Part shown: in pieces, positions 1 through 13,145 of the stretch
Position numbering within the stretch: position 1 is the stretch's first letter
Layout: each line of letters opens with the position of its first letter
The notes under the pieces: model-generated
Databases searched by the model: none
What the model was told of the DNA's origin: nothing
The model's input: only the letters and a program-made list of their open reading frames with translations
Made by a program: the position numbers and the translations under genes
Assembly: GCF_006345805.1 (NCBI RefSeq)
Contig: NC_043021.1
Span: 16,120,001 to 16,184,000 of the forward strand
DNA: 64,000 nucleotides
Direction: 5' to 3'
From: Octopus sinensis
Taxonomy: Eukaryota

Positions 1-259
1 AAATGCTGAAACCCCAGGTACTATCAGAACTGGCAGACATAATTATATCATGCCCTCCACCCCTTACTGTTGTTTATTTTTAGGATCAGCTGACATACTG
101 TCTGACAGTTTTTTTTTCTTCCTTTTATTTTTATATATTTATATTTAGGATGCTGTAGTTATCAGCTGTACATCATCAGCTGTAGCAGCAGCGGCAGTAG
201 TGAGAGAGCCTCTATGTGGTTATGCAACCTGCTAGAAATAGCATATAAATTTCCCTTAA

Positions 260-457
260 CCCTTATGATACCAACCTGTCTAAAATTGTCCCTAAGTGTT
301 ACAATAAAAACATCCTACTTTAAAGAGGTCTAAATTAAAATTTCATGATGATTTACCCCAAACACCAGCTTAAAAATGATAGTAAATTCTTCATCATTTT
401 CAAAATAATTTGAAAGAAAGGCAGTGTAGTTCAACAGAAATATGGTTATAAAAAGGG
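260..457. mobile_element. piggyBac-like TTAA MITE family b
   Basis: TTAA|CCCTTATGATACC ... AAAAGGG|TTAA. Confidence 0.7.
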
Positions 458-1516
458 TTAAAGCACACTTAGAGAAAAAAAAAAACTGGGAGAATGTCAA
501 CCTTGTTCTTTTTTGTTAAGGTTCATAACAATCCGAGTTCAACTCCCATCCAGGTCAAATTACCTTATATCTGTGCTGCCAGAATAAGTTAAGTTAATGG
601 AGTTAATGTGATTCATTAACCTCATCTTCTCAAAACTGCTGGCCTTGCACATAAATTAGACACTATTGTTGTTGTCATCATCATCTTCATCATCATCATT
701 ATCAAAGCGGCAAGCTGACAGAATCGTTAGCATGCCAGATGAAATGCTTAGCGTCAGAGTTCAAATTCCGCCGAGGTCGATTTTGCCTTTCATCCTTTCG
801 GGGTCGATGAAATAAGTACCAGTTATGCACTGGGGTCGACATAATCGACTTAATCCGTTTGTCTGTCCTTCTTTGTTCTCTCTGTGTTTAGCCCCTTGTG
901 GGTAGTAAAGAAATAGGTATTTTGCTCGTTACTTTGTTCTGAGTTTAAATTCTGCCGAGGTTGACTTAACCTTTCATCCTTTCAGGGTCGATAAATTAAA
1001 GACCAGTCTCATACTGGGGTCAATCTACTCGACTGGCCCCCTCCCCCAAAATTTCAGGCCTTGTACCTATAGTAGAAAGGATTATTTTCATCATCAAAGC
1101 AGCAAGCTGGTAGAATTGTTAGCATGCTGGATGAAATGCTTAGCAACAATTTGTCCATCTTGACATTCTGAGTTCAAATTCTGTTGGGGTTGACTGCCTT
1201 TCATCCTTTCGGGGGTTGATAAAATAAGTACCAGTTGAACACTGGGGTCGAGGTAATCGACAAGTCCCCTCCCCCAAAATTTCAGGCCTTGTGACAAAAA
1301 TTTGAAATCATCATTACTATTATTATGAATCCTTTCAACTATAGGCACAGGGCCAGCAGTTTTTGCGGAGTGCTCAACTGGTATTTATTATATCAGCCCC
1401 AAAAGGATGGAGGGCAAAGTCGACCTTTGCAGAAGTTGAACTCAAAATGTAAAGCCAGGAGAAATGCTGCTAGACATTTTCTCTGGTGTGCTAACAATTC
1501 TGCCAGCTCACTACCT

Positions 1517-1554
<38 letters not shown>

Positions 1555-2810
1555 CCTTTCTACTATAAGCACAAGGCTGGAAATTTTGAGTGTGGTGGTG
1601 GGGGGGGGGCAGTCAATTAGATCGACCCCAGTGCATAACTGGTTCTTAATTTATCAATCCCGAAAAGATGAAAAACAAAGTCGACCTGGGTGGAATTTGA
1701 GCTCAGAACATAGTGACAGACAGAATACCTATTTCTTTACTACCCACAAGGGGCTAAACACAGAGAGGACAAACAAGGACAGACAAACAGATTAAGTTGA
1801 TTATATCGACTCCAGTGCGTAACTGGTACTTATTTAATCGACCCCGAAAGGATGAAAGGCAAAGTCGACCTCGGCGGATTTTGAACTCAGAACGTAGCGG
1901 CAGACAATATATCACTAAGCATTTCGCCCAGCATGCTAACAATTCTGCCAGGTTGTCACCTCAAGTAATAATAATAATAATAATAATAATTATTATTATT
2001 ATTATTATTATTATTTCAAATTTTTGCCACAAGGGCAACTTGGAGGAGGTGGGGATGAGTCAATTACATCGACCCTAGTGTTCAAATGGTACACACACAC
2101 AGGTGAACACAAAAGTGCAAAGCGAGGTAGAAAGAGTACTCAAGCACCAAAGGTAGAGTAATATGCTTGTATGAAAGCTGCAAAATTATCAGAAAACTGT
2201 TACTCAGTTTCATGTTCCTGTTCACTGGACACTAACAAATGGGAACGTGAAATTCTAACAGTTTTATGATGATAGATAGATAAGCTAAAGGGGGAGGGCT
2301 AACACCTATGACCTTTGCAAGTTCCCCCAGGGTGGTGGGGGAGTTTTGATTGGTGTGTTTGATGTTCAGCTTGAACTTCTGAAGGTTGTACTGTCTGTGG
2401 AGATAGTCTAATAATTATATACAGAAAGATGGGAAGAATTTCAGAAAATTGTAGTTTCGAGAAGGAATGGTTGGGAAAAGTGCAAAGTTTGAAGCTGGGT
2501 GTAGATGCGGAGATATAATGGAGAGGAAAGACCAGGTGTGTTGTATGGACCACAGCAGAGCTGTTTTGGTGCTTTGGAGAATCAAAGGTCATTCCTGCTA
2601 CTGTAAAAGAAGAGAGGAAACCTTATACCTGTGAATCTGTGGTTGTAATACACACCAGCTCTTTTCTCATAAATTCTCTTGATTTTATTTATTTATTTGC
2701 TTAATTTTTTGGTTTTTGGCCTTTTTATTCATAGCTATTATCTACTTGAACATTTCCTTAGTTTTATGGGCTTTGCTGGTGATAAACTGAACAATATTTA
2801 TATAAAGGCG

Positions 2811-2846
<36 letters not shown>

Positions 2847-3523
2847 TACTATAAGCTGTAGTAAAAGGTTTTGTTTTGTATATACTCACACCATATATAA
2901 TGATGTTCAACCCTTTAGCATTCAGATTATTTATTCACATTGTTTTGAACTAACCAGGCATTATGTTTTAGCTTTGAGATTTCGATGATGCAATTGTATA
3001 TTTTTAGAATGGCATTGTAGGATAGGTGTGAAAGACTGGATCTGCCTGTTTGGACATAAAACAAGAAGAATATTTGGGCTGGATATAGTATGGATACTAA
3101 ATGATTAATGAAGGGTTAAAGTAAAATTAAACAGGGAGCTCTTTGGCAACATAAATTCTAAACCTTAATAATTTAATGCAACAGGAAGGAGGAGGAAAGA
3201 TTGGCTGAGTCTATTGGAGTGTTGGATAGAATGCCTTGGGTACGGTATTTGTTCAAACACACTGTGTACCAACTTCAAACCTGGTGCAGCCAACTTTGTT
3301 TTTTATCTTTTAGGTTTGATAAAAAAAAAAAAAGTACCAGTTTAGGGTGGGGGTTTTGGTGGGACTGTTTGAGGGTCACGCAAGATGCTCGGTCATATCT
3401 GTTCTGGGACTTTTGTGTTTTGGCAGCAATGACAAAGACAATACTGGTGCCAAGCTACGGCTTCTCTCATGGAAATGTGCTCAACAATGGCCATTATTTA
3501 ACCCTTTGATGATATCGCGATGA

Positions 3524-3585
3524 TACCTGGTTGATCCTGCCAGTAGGCATATGCTTGTCTCAAAGCTTAAGCCATGCAAGTGTAA
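3524..3585 (+). pseudogene. 18S rRNA 5'-end fragment (~62 nt)
   Basis: TACCTGGTTGATCCTGCCAGTAGGCATATGCTTGTCTCAAAGCTTAAGCCATGCAAGTGTAA matches the universal eukaryotic 18S start, then similarity stops abruptly. Confidence 0.9.
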
Positions 3586-3722
3586 TTAAAGCTCTGGCTC
3601 TGTGGTAAAATGTCTTGTTTTGAATTAAGATTCTTCCACCAAGCCTTAGTCGCAATTTATGTTCCTAACACTATCTGAATGATAACTAAGTTATTTTACT
3701 AAATTCTTTGTTATATTTAAAA

Positions 3723-4124
3723 CTAGCAGTATCGCCCGGCGTTGCTTGGGTTTGTAAGGGAAATAACTATATAAGCATTTTTAGAGAGTTATAGCCAAAA
3801 AATAGCAAAAAAATGCATTAAAAATGGAAAAAAAATGATGGTAAATTTTTTTTTAAATCGTTGACTCATCGTAGACATTTTTAGAGAGTTACTTCCCTTG
3901 TATAATAGCGAAAAAATGCATTAAAATGGAAAAAAATGATGGTAAATTTTTTTTTTAAATCGTAGACTTATCGTAGGTGCGCGCTAATACCCAGAAGGGC
4001 TCGATATGAATCATGACTATAAGATACCCGGTTTTGGTTAAACGGCACCGCAAAATGTGGGAGTAGTTAGGAATCTAAATCGTAGGAGACAGACAGCACA
4101 CAACCTCACTTTTATATATAAAGA
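3723..4124 (-). mobile_element. Non-autonomous Helitron, copy 1
   Basis: On the - strand: 5' TC, 3' GC hairpin (CCCAAGCAACGCCGGG) followed by CTAG; A|T target with no TSD; removing it restores the host MITE. Confidence 0.85.
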
Positions 4125-6610
4125 TTAATTGAAAGAAACACAGAGCATCTCAACAGAAATACAGTAATGAAAGGGTTAAATAGACTACAGATTTCCTATG
4201 TGCATGTATAGAGGTGTGTTTGCTACTGTCACTTACTACTACTTCTGCTCCATCTCCCCCTGAATGTGATCAAAATAAATTAAAAATGAGATTTTCAAAT
4301 GGCCACCACAATACTTTGACTTTTGTTGCCTTTGATTTACCAGCAAAAAGGAAAACTGTAATTGTTTACATTTTCTCTTTAACATAATTTTATGCACATT
4401 TCAGTCAGATTATTTTTGTTGTGGAATCAGTCACCTGTTCAGTGCACATAGGTACACATTCATAGCTATTTTTCATGTATGCATGGGTGCAGGCATAGCT
4501 GCATGGTTAAGAAGCTTTGTTTCCCAACCATGTGGTTTCAGGTTTCACTGTGCTGTGGTACCTTGGGCAAGTATCATCTACATTAGACTGCCTCTGGTTG
4601 ACCATTACCTTGTGAGTGAATTTGGGAGACAGAAACTGTATGGAAGTTCATTATCTCTCCCCCCCCTCCTCCTCTCTATATATCTTTGTCTATGCCCCAC
4701 CACTTAGTATCTGGTGTTGGTTTGTTTATATCCCTGTTACTCAGTGTCGTAAGCAATTGTAGACAATTGCTTGTCTTTCTCTTAAAAATGTCTTGCTCAA
4801 GCTTTTACAGTAAATGTTGGGTCATTATTGTCCAGTGGAGGACTCAATACATGTAGATGTCTCATCTTATAAAATTATTTCTGTTCACAATGGTTTCTCC
4901 CCTTTATATCATATTTGATGGTTTATAAGACATACTCCCCCCACCCCCCAAATATCTAAAAAAAATTCACCCTAGGGCCTATATGCAAAGTTGGGCCTAT
5001 ATTACATGCTTTAATGTACTAAAAACTTTTTCCTGAATATTCACTACCTAAATTGGTGTGCAACTAATAAACTCATGTGTCTTTTATGCAGTCAAATACA
5101 GAATTTATTAACCTGTTTGCCTTTAGGTTTGTATATAAAGATTTGTTGAATGGATCATCATGGTCCAAGTTGGTCATCATTTAGACTTGCTGCCATCCTA
5201 GATGTCTTGGAGAACCACACCTCACTCCCATATTCCATTTTTGGCTTGGTTTCTATGGCTGGGTACCCTTCCTATCACCAGGCATTTTACAGTATGTTGG
5301 TTGGATTTTATGCTGCTCCCATAACTAGGGAACGGTTGTCTTCTCCCTACAAAGGAAACCAGACAGTCTTGGATGCTTTTTTGAGTCCATCCATAACAGA
5401 CATGGTTGTACACATATCTATTATGTTTGTTTTTACTGGTTTCAGTCATTGATCTGCAGCCATGCTGGAGCACTGCCTTAAATAGTTTTAGTCAATCAAA
5501 TTGCTTCCAGGACTTATTTTTTAAGTCTGGTACTTATTCTATCAATCCCCTTTGTTGAAACGCTAAGTTACAGAGATGTAAACAGACCAACACTGGTTGA
5601 TTGGTAAGTGGTGACTGAGACAGACAGACAGACACGCACACACAATGCGTTTATATACAACAGGCTTCTGCATAGTTTCCATCTACCAAATTCACTCACA
5701 AGGCATTGGTTGGTTTGGGGCTATAAATGACATTTGCGTCCATGATGCTGTGCAGTGGGACTGAACCCAAAACCAGGCGGTTGCAAAGCAAGCTTGACTT
5801 GCTCTTCTAAGGAAGAAATCTGAAAAGTTGTTCCCATGTCCCACTGCCTCCATGGGACTCGCACACAGAGCTTATCCTCATCACCTCTACCACACCACAT
5901 CCTCCCATTTATTTCTGCCACAATTAACTGAGGCCTCAATAGTCTTTATCGTAGCAACTATCTCTGGGTGAATGTTGCAAACCTGTTGCTCCCCACAAAC
6001 ATAAAGAACTTTATGCTTTTCTATACAAACAAGCACTCTACCTACCTTCCTACACACCTACCTACCCATCCCATTCTTCCCTACCCATCCCATCCTTCCC
6101 TACCCGCATACCTCCCTACCTACTTACTTACCTATCTATCTATGGAGACTCTTGGTGGCTGCTTGACCTGCTAAAAATAACTGCTGTGTTTACCCAGGGC
6201 CAAACAACAATAACAGCAGCAGTAGTAGTAGCAGCAGCAGCAGCAGCAGCAACTATTTTCCAAATTGAAATTTAGAAACATTTGGGAAAAAAATTCATTT
6301 ATTCTGCAATCCACAGAAAGTTTATATTTTACTCTTTGTGAGCTAAGAATGAAAAGCACAATGCATGGGAAGAAGAGGTGGCTAACATGCTGCTGCTGCT
6401 CTTTCTCTTTTACTTGTTTCAGTCATTTGACTGCGGCCATGCTGGAGCACCGCCTTTTAATCGACAACTCGACACCGGGACTTATTCTTTTGTAAGCCCA
6501 GTACTTATTCTATCGGTCTCTTTTGCCGAACCGCTAAGTAACGGGGACATAAACACACCAGCATTGGTTGTCAAGCAATGCTAGGGTACAAACACAGACA
6601 CACATACACA

Positions 6611-6657
<47 letters not shown>

Positions 6658-7847
6658 GACGGGCTTCTTTCAGTTTCCGTCTACCAAATCCACTCACAAG
6701 GCTTTGGTCGGCCCGAGGCTATAGTAGAAGACACTTGCCCAGGGTGCCACGTAGTGGGACTGAACCCGGAACCATGTGGTTGGTAGACAAGCTACTTACC
6801 ACACAGCCACTCCTGCGCCTAATAATAATAATAATAATGATAATAATAATAATAATGTTATATTTCGGAATGGTCATGTTGCCAGTTTAGCCAATAAAAA
6901 CACACGCACTATATATTTGGTGTTAATTTGCTTCAGCTTTATTTATTTTTCACATTAATCTTAATCTTATTTCAGCCAGAGTTCTTTCGTCACACTTCTG
7001 TGACCTCATCAGTGGTCCTTTTCTTTCTTCTTTCTTATTTGTGTGTCTCTCCTTACTAACGTTCAGCCATTCTAATAATAATAATAATAGTAATTATAAT
7101 AGTAATTATAATAGTAATGATCAAATTTTGGCACAAGGCCTGCAGCTTCAGGGGAGAGAGTAAGTTGATTACATCAGGAGGGAAAAAAAAACAACCTAGT
7201 GCTCAACTGATAGTTACTTATCAATCTCTGAAAGGATGAAAAGCAAAATCGACCTTGGCTGGATATGAACTCAGAACACGAAGATAGCTGAAGTGCCACT
7301 AAGCATTTTGCCCAGCATGCTAATGATTCTGCCAGCTCGCCGCCTTTAATAATAATAATAATAATAATAATGATGATTATCAATATTAATAAAAATTAAT
7401 AATGATCTTTTCTGCAGGCGCTAGGCTTGAAAATTTGGAGGAGGGATTAGTCAATTAAATCTACCTTAGAGTTCAACTTGGCACTTATTTCATTGAACCT
7501 GGAAGGATGAAAGACAAAGTCAACCTCGGCAGAATTTGAACTCAGAACGTTAAAGTCAGAAAAAATGCTGCTAAATATTTTGTCTGGTGTGCTAATAATT
7601 CTGCCAGCTCACTGCCTTAACAACAGCAACAATCCTTTTTACTATAGACACAATACCAAAGATTTGAGGGAAGGGGCTAATTGATTGCATTGACTTCTAG
7701 TGCTCATCTGGTACTTATTTTATCGACCCTGAAAGTATGAAAGGCAAAATTAATTTTGGTGGCATTGGAACTCAGAACGTAAGTACAGAGGAAATGCCAC
7801 AAAGCATTTTGGCCAGCACAGTAACTATTCTGCCAGCTCACTACCTT

Positions 7848-7882
<35 letters not shown>

Positions 7883-8895
7883 TAAAAATGGCATCTGTAA
7901 TAATGTTTGTTTTTGTTATTATGCTTGGAATTTTAGAAGCATGGTGCTGTTAATAATCATAATGAGATTAGAATAAAAATTTTCATTCCTTGAAAATTAT
8001 TATTATTATTATTGTATTTGAGAAAGCAAAAGAAAAACAATCGTTTTGCAAAGCTTGTGGCTTATCAGTAACTTGAGCATTGCATCTTTCATTTTGTGCA
8101 GTGGCGGAGTATAGGTTGATAGTGATGATTGTAGTGGTGGTTGTGGCGGTGGTGGTGGTGGTGGGAATGGCAAAAGCAGTCAAGGTAGTAGTGTTTGTAG
8201 CTGTAGGTCGTTGTCTTATTCTTCATTTTATTCTTCATCGTCACGCTTTTGTCTTCGCTGTCTTCGACTTTTGTCTTCTTGCAATTTTTAGCTTTGGTAA
8301 CTGAAGCATTACCATAGAAACTGTGGAAGCCAGAAAGAGAAATAGAGAGAGAGAGAGAGATGCAGACAAGTGGATTAAAAGAAGTCAACAAAACGTTGGC
8401 AACACCAAACAAGTTTCTTTCTCTTCTTCAAGTAAAGTGAGACGAGTTGTTTACTTAGAAACTGGAAGGGGTGTATGGGGTGTACAGTAACAAGTCAGTC
8501 GGTCGGGGTGGGAGAATGATCTAGTTTTAAGATTTATTTCGCAAATTTCCTATTTCAAATCTTTTATCATATCACAATTTTTTTTTTCCTGCTCTACAAA
8601 TGGCAGTCAGCATTGCATTTGATTCACACACACACACATGCATTCACCACCACCACCGCCAGTGGCATCGTTCCTTTTTGTGTCTGTCCTTTTTCTGTGC
8701 TGGTGGCTTTGGTGGACGAAGTTTTGTCCAGGCAGTATTCTGTGGTTGGACGCTACCGTTGCTGCTGCTTGCCAACCCAATAATGCCAATCCTTACATAT
8801 TTCAAAGGAGGGTACTTATTTCACTGGTCTTTCACTTGATGGATTGATGTGTGTGTGTGTGTATATATGTATATATATATATATTATATATATAT

Positions 8896-8929
<34 letters not shown>

Positions 8930-9300
8930 ATAATCCAAACAAGAAAAGACAAAAAACACAACAACGCAATACTGACCAAAGCCTTGTGAGTGGATTTGGT
9001 TGATGGAAATGGAAAGATGCACGTTGTGTATGTATATAATATATATATATATATATATACGTGTGTCTGTGTGTGTGTGTGTGTGTGTGCGCGCGCGCGC
9101 GTGCATTGTTTGTGTCTGTGCTTGTCTCCTCACCATCGCTCGACAACCAATGTTGGTGTGTTTATGTTCCTGTCGCTTAGCAGTTTGGCAAAAAGAGACT
9201 GATAGAATAAGTACTTGGCTTACAAAGAATAATTCCTGAGAAGGATTAAAGGCGGTATTCCTGCATGGCCGCAGTCAAAAGTCTAATGACTGAAACAAAA

Positions 9301-9349
<49 letters not shown>

Positions 9350-10564
9350 GAGACCCTCTTCGGTCATGAATGACCATGGGATTGCACCTAGAAAGTTGCC
9401 CTCCGAGGTACAAGTAAGGGCAAAATTGTTTGTGGAAGGCTAGCAGTCGCCCATGCATACCAGCCTCCTCTCTCCAACATCACTGATATTATCCAAGGGA
9501 AAAGCAAAGGGGCCAATACAGCTTGGCACCAGTGACATCACAACTCATTTCTACAGCTGAGTGAACTGGAGCAACATGAAATAAAGTATCTTGCTCAAGA
9601 ACACAACACACAGCCTGGTCTGTGAATCAAACTCACTACCTTACGATCGTAAGCTCTACGCTCTAACCACTGAGCCGTGTGCCTCCACTATATATATATA
9701 TATATATATGTATGTATGACATTAGATAATCGTTCCCACATGCTCTGCCTAAAGGGATCAAGAAACAAACCAAAGTGGGAAGGTCATAACAATTTTGACT
9801 GTAAATCTGTTGGATATATTTGAATTGGGGCTGAGCAACCCTTTCTATTGTCACTGGTCAGCATAAATCATGAATACTAGCGAAAACACCAGAAACTACT
9901 ACTACCATAGACAGCCCAAAGCCCTCACAACAACAGGGTCTGTCTTGGATTTTGATTTATTCACAAGTGGATCCAGTAATTCACTTAGAATTATTGGAAA
10001 CTTCGTTTCTCTCTTTAATTCTTCCTCTCCTTTTATGCTATTCGTTTACTTAATTACATTTATTTATCTATTTGTGGCGCCTTTACTTAATTGGTGTGGT
10101 TTTCGGTTTCTTCCTTCACTGCAGCAATTTTCTTCCTTTCAAACAACACTGTAAATTATCTCAGCCGTTTTTCTGTTGAAAGGTTCGTCTCTTCTTCCTC
10201 CCCCCTCTTCTTCTTCTCCTGCCCTTTCTCTCACTATCGCCCCCCTCCATCTGTGTGTGCGTGTTTGTATAAAACTGAAATAATTGGGCTTTCAACGGTT
10301 ATAATTAATTTCCTTTCATTTATATTAACAAGTGTATTTGTATACATGTCTTTAGATCTTTTTTCATCCTTTACTCGTTTCAGTCTTTAGACTGTGGCCA
10401 TACTGGGGCATTGCCTTGAAGTTCAGTTGATGAAAATTAACCCCAGTACTTTTTTTTTTAAAGCCTGGTACTTGTTCTATCAGTCTCTTTTGCTGAACTG
10501 CTAAGTTACAGGGACATAAGCACACCAACACCAGTTGTCAAACAGTTTTGGAGAACAAATGTAG

Positions 10565-11630
10565 ACACAGGCACACACACACTCACAAACACACACACAC
10601 ACACACACACACTCACAAACACACACACTCACAAACACACACACTCACAAACACACACACTCACAAACACACACACACTCACAAACACACACACTCTCAC
10701 AAACACACACACACTCACAAACACACACACACTCACAAACACACACACTCTCACAAACACACACACTCTCACAAACACACACACACTCACAAACACACAC
10801 ACTCTCACAAACACACAACACACACACTCACAAACACACACACTCACAAACACAACACTCACAAACACCCCACACTCCACACACACACACACACTCACAA
10901 ACACACCACTCTCACAAACACACACACACTCACAAACACACACCACACTCACAAACACACACACTCACAAACACACAACACTCTCACAAACACACAACAC
11001 TCACAAAACACACACCACTCACAAACACCACACACACTCACAAACACACACACACTCACAAACACACACACACTCCCCAAACACCACAAACCAACACACT
11101 CACAAACACACACACACTCACCAACACACACACACTCACAAACACTCTCACAAACACACACACACTCTCACAAACACACACACAAACACTCACAAACACA
11201 CACACACACACTCACAAACACACACATACTCACAAACACACTCACAAACACACACACTCTCACAAACACACACACACAAACACACACAAACACGAACACA
11301 CACACTCACAAACACACACACACTCACAAACACACACACTCTCACAAACACACTCACACTCTCACAAACACACACACTCTCACAAACACACACACCTCAC
11401 ACACCTCACAACACCACACACTCCACAAACACACACACACTCTCACAAACACACACACTCTCACAACACCCACACTCTCACAAACACACACACACTCTCA
11501 CAACACACACACACACTCACAAACACACACACTCTCCACAAACACACACACTCTCACAAACACACACACTCTCACAAACACACACACTCTCACAAACACA
11601 CACACACTCACAAACACACACACACACACA
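10565..11630. repeat. CA-rich minisatellite, unit ~CTCACAAA(CA)n
   Basis: About 1.1 kb of ctcacaaacacacacaca variants. Confidence 0.9.
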
Positions 11631-11863
11631 CCCTTATGCGGTCATATATGCGTTGATATAGAGACACGCCTTTTGACTTAAGACGTAATAAAGAAGAACT
11701 GTCTAATCTTAACAATTGTGTTTTGAAATCCATCGGTGCACAAATACACACCCACACACAGTACCCACAGGCATTTTTACAAATTATCTTGTAACAACAT
11801 AACCGCAGTGACACTCACATTAAGCCTCTCATGCACTGGCTCATATATATATATATATATATA

Positions 11864-11892
11864 CAGGAGTTGGGCAAAATAATGGCAACACC
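11864..11892. mobile_element. Solo degenerate TIR of the same Tc1 family
   Basis: TA|CAGGAGTTGGGCAAAATAATGGCAACACC inside a (TA)n run. Confidence 0.55.
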
Positions 11893-12135
11893 TGTCTAAG
11901 ATATATATATATATATAACATAGCTGACTGGCTGAGATAGTGTTGACAGAATCAAGACGGTAACTGCATTGAGGTGGGTGTGGCCTGTTGGTTAAAATGT
12001 ACCCAGTGTATAACTGGTACTTATTTTACTGATCTCAGGGTAAAAATGAACCACAATGTCAACATCAGTTTGATTTGAACTCAGATTTGTTAAGAGACAT
12101 AATCAAATGTTGCAGATAATCTATTATTCTACACA

Positions 12136-12185
<50 letters not shown>

Positions 12186-12297
12186 GCATGTGGCTTCTTG
12201 GTGGCACAGTGTGTCCTTGAACAAGACACTTTGTTTCATATTGCCCCAGTCTACCCATGAATGGATAGTACCTGTATTTTAAAAGGCCAGCCTTGTC

Positions 12298-12620
12298 CAA
12301 CATCATAAGCGGAAAGTGTAACCTCTCGAAAGAGCTGTTCTTGACTCCTGCTCCAGGGCGTCGGCTGTGGGGTCACTCCGAAAAGCTCTATCTGCGACGA
12401 TTTCATCTCAATCGAAGGAGAGGGGCTTTCTCCGTTCAGGTTGCGGATCCGTGGAATAAGCTGCCAGACGAGATAGTGAAGATGCCGACGACCGCTTGGT
12501 TCAAAGGCTTTCTTGACCAGAAATGGCCTGATCTCTTTGCATGAACACCCTCCCTGTACATAACTCCATGTCCCCCTACATGGCCTTGCTTTTTGCTTTT
12601 TAAGCCAAAAAATTAACTTA
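12298..12620 (+). mobile_element. CR1/L2-clade LINE 3' fragment inserted in a SINE
   Basis: ...WGHSEKLYLRRFHLNRRRGAFSVQVADPWNKLPDEIVKMPTTAWFKGFLDQKW matches the RT C-terminal tail RGH..KL....R...FS.RV...WN.LP...V......FK..LD; SINE halves resume on both sides. Confidence 0.8.
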
Positions 12621-12784
12621 ACACTCTCTGCCACACTGAATTGAATCTCTCTGAGAGCTATGTTAAGGGTATGCATGTCTGTGGAGTACTCAGCCACTTG
12701 CACACTGATTTCATGAGTTTTCTGTTCTATTGATCGGATCAACTGGAACCCTTTGTCATAAACAATAGAGTGCGAGTTAGGTTA

Positions 12785-12820
<36 letters not shown>

Positions 12821-12890
12821 TATATACATATACATATATATATATATACACACGCACATATATATATATAGAATCTCAATTACTTAACCG

Positions 12891-12922
<32 letters not shown>

Positions 12923-12957
12923 CACACACACACTACATATATATACACACACACACT

Positions 12958-12988
<31 letters not shown>

Positions 12989-13098
12989 CATACACACATA
13001 TACATATATATATACACAACACACACACACATATATATATATATAATATATATATATATATACATACACACATATACAATATATATAATATACACACA

Positions 13099-13145
<47 letters not shown>

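Larger units (their letters stand above)
3502..4175. mobile_element. piggyBac-like TTAA MITE family b, interrupted by the 18S fragment and a Helitron
   Basis: TTAA|CCCTTTGAT ... ATGAAAGGG|TTAA; body matches the uninterrupted copy at 39848-40069. Confidence 0.75.

Noticed and set aside
2299-2600. - strand 288-nt open segment with a good acceptor (ttttacag) and a GTCATA donor
   Set aside because: The peptide has no recognisable features, the donor is weak and there are no partner exons; more likely an old repeat
3524-3585. Functional 18S rRNA gene
   Set aside because: Only ~62 nt, embedded in a MITE
10548-11681. 377-aa His/Thr ORF (and the 393-454-aa ORFs at 19479-20843)
   Set aside because: CA-repeat translation artefacts
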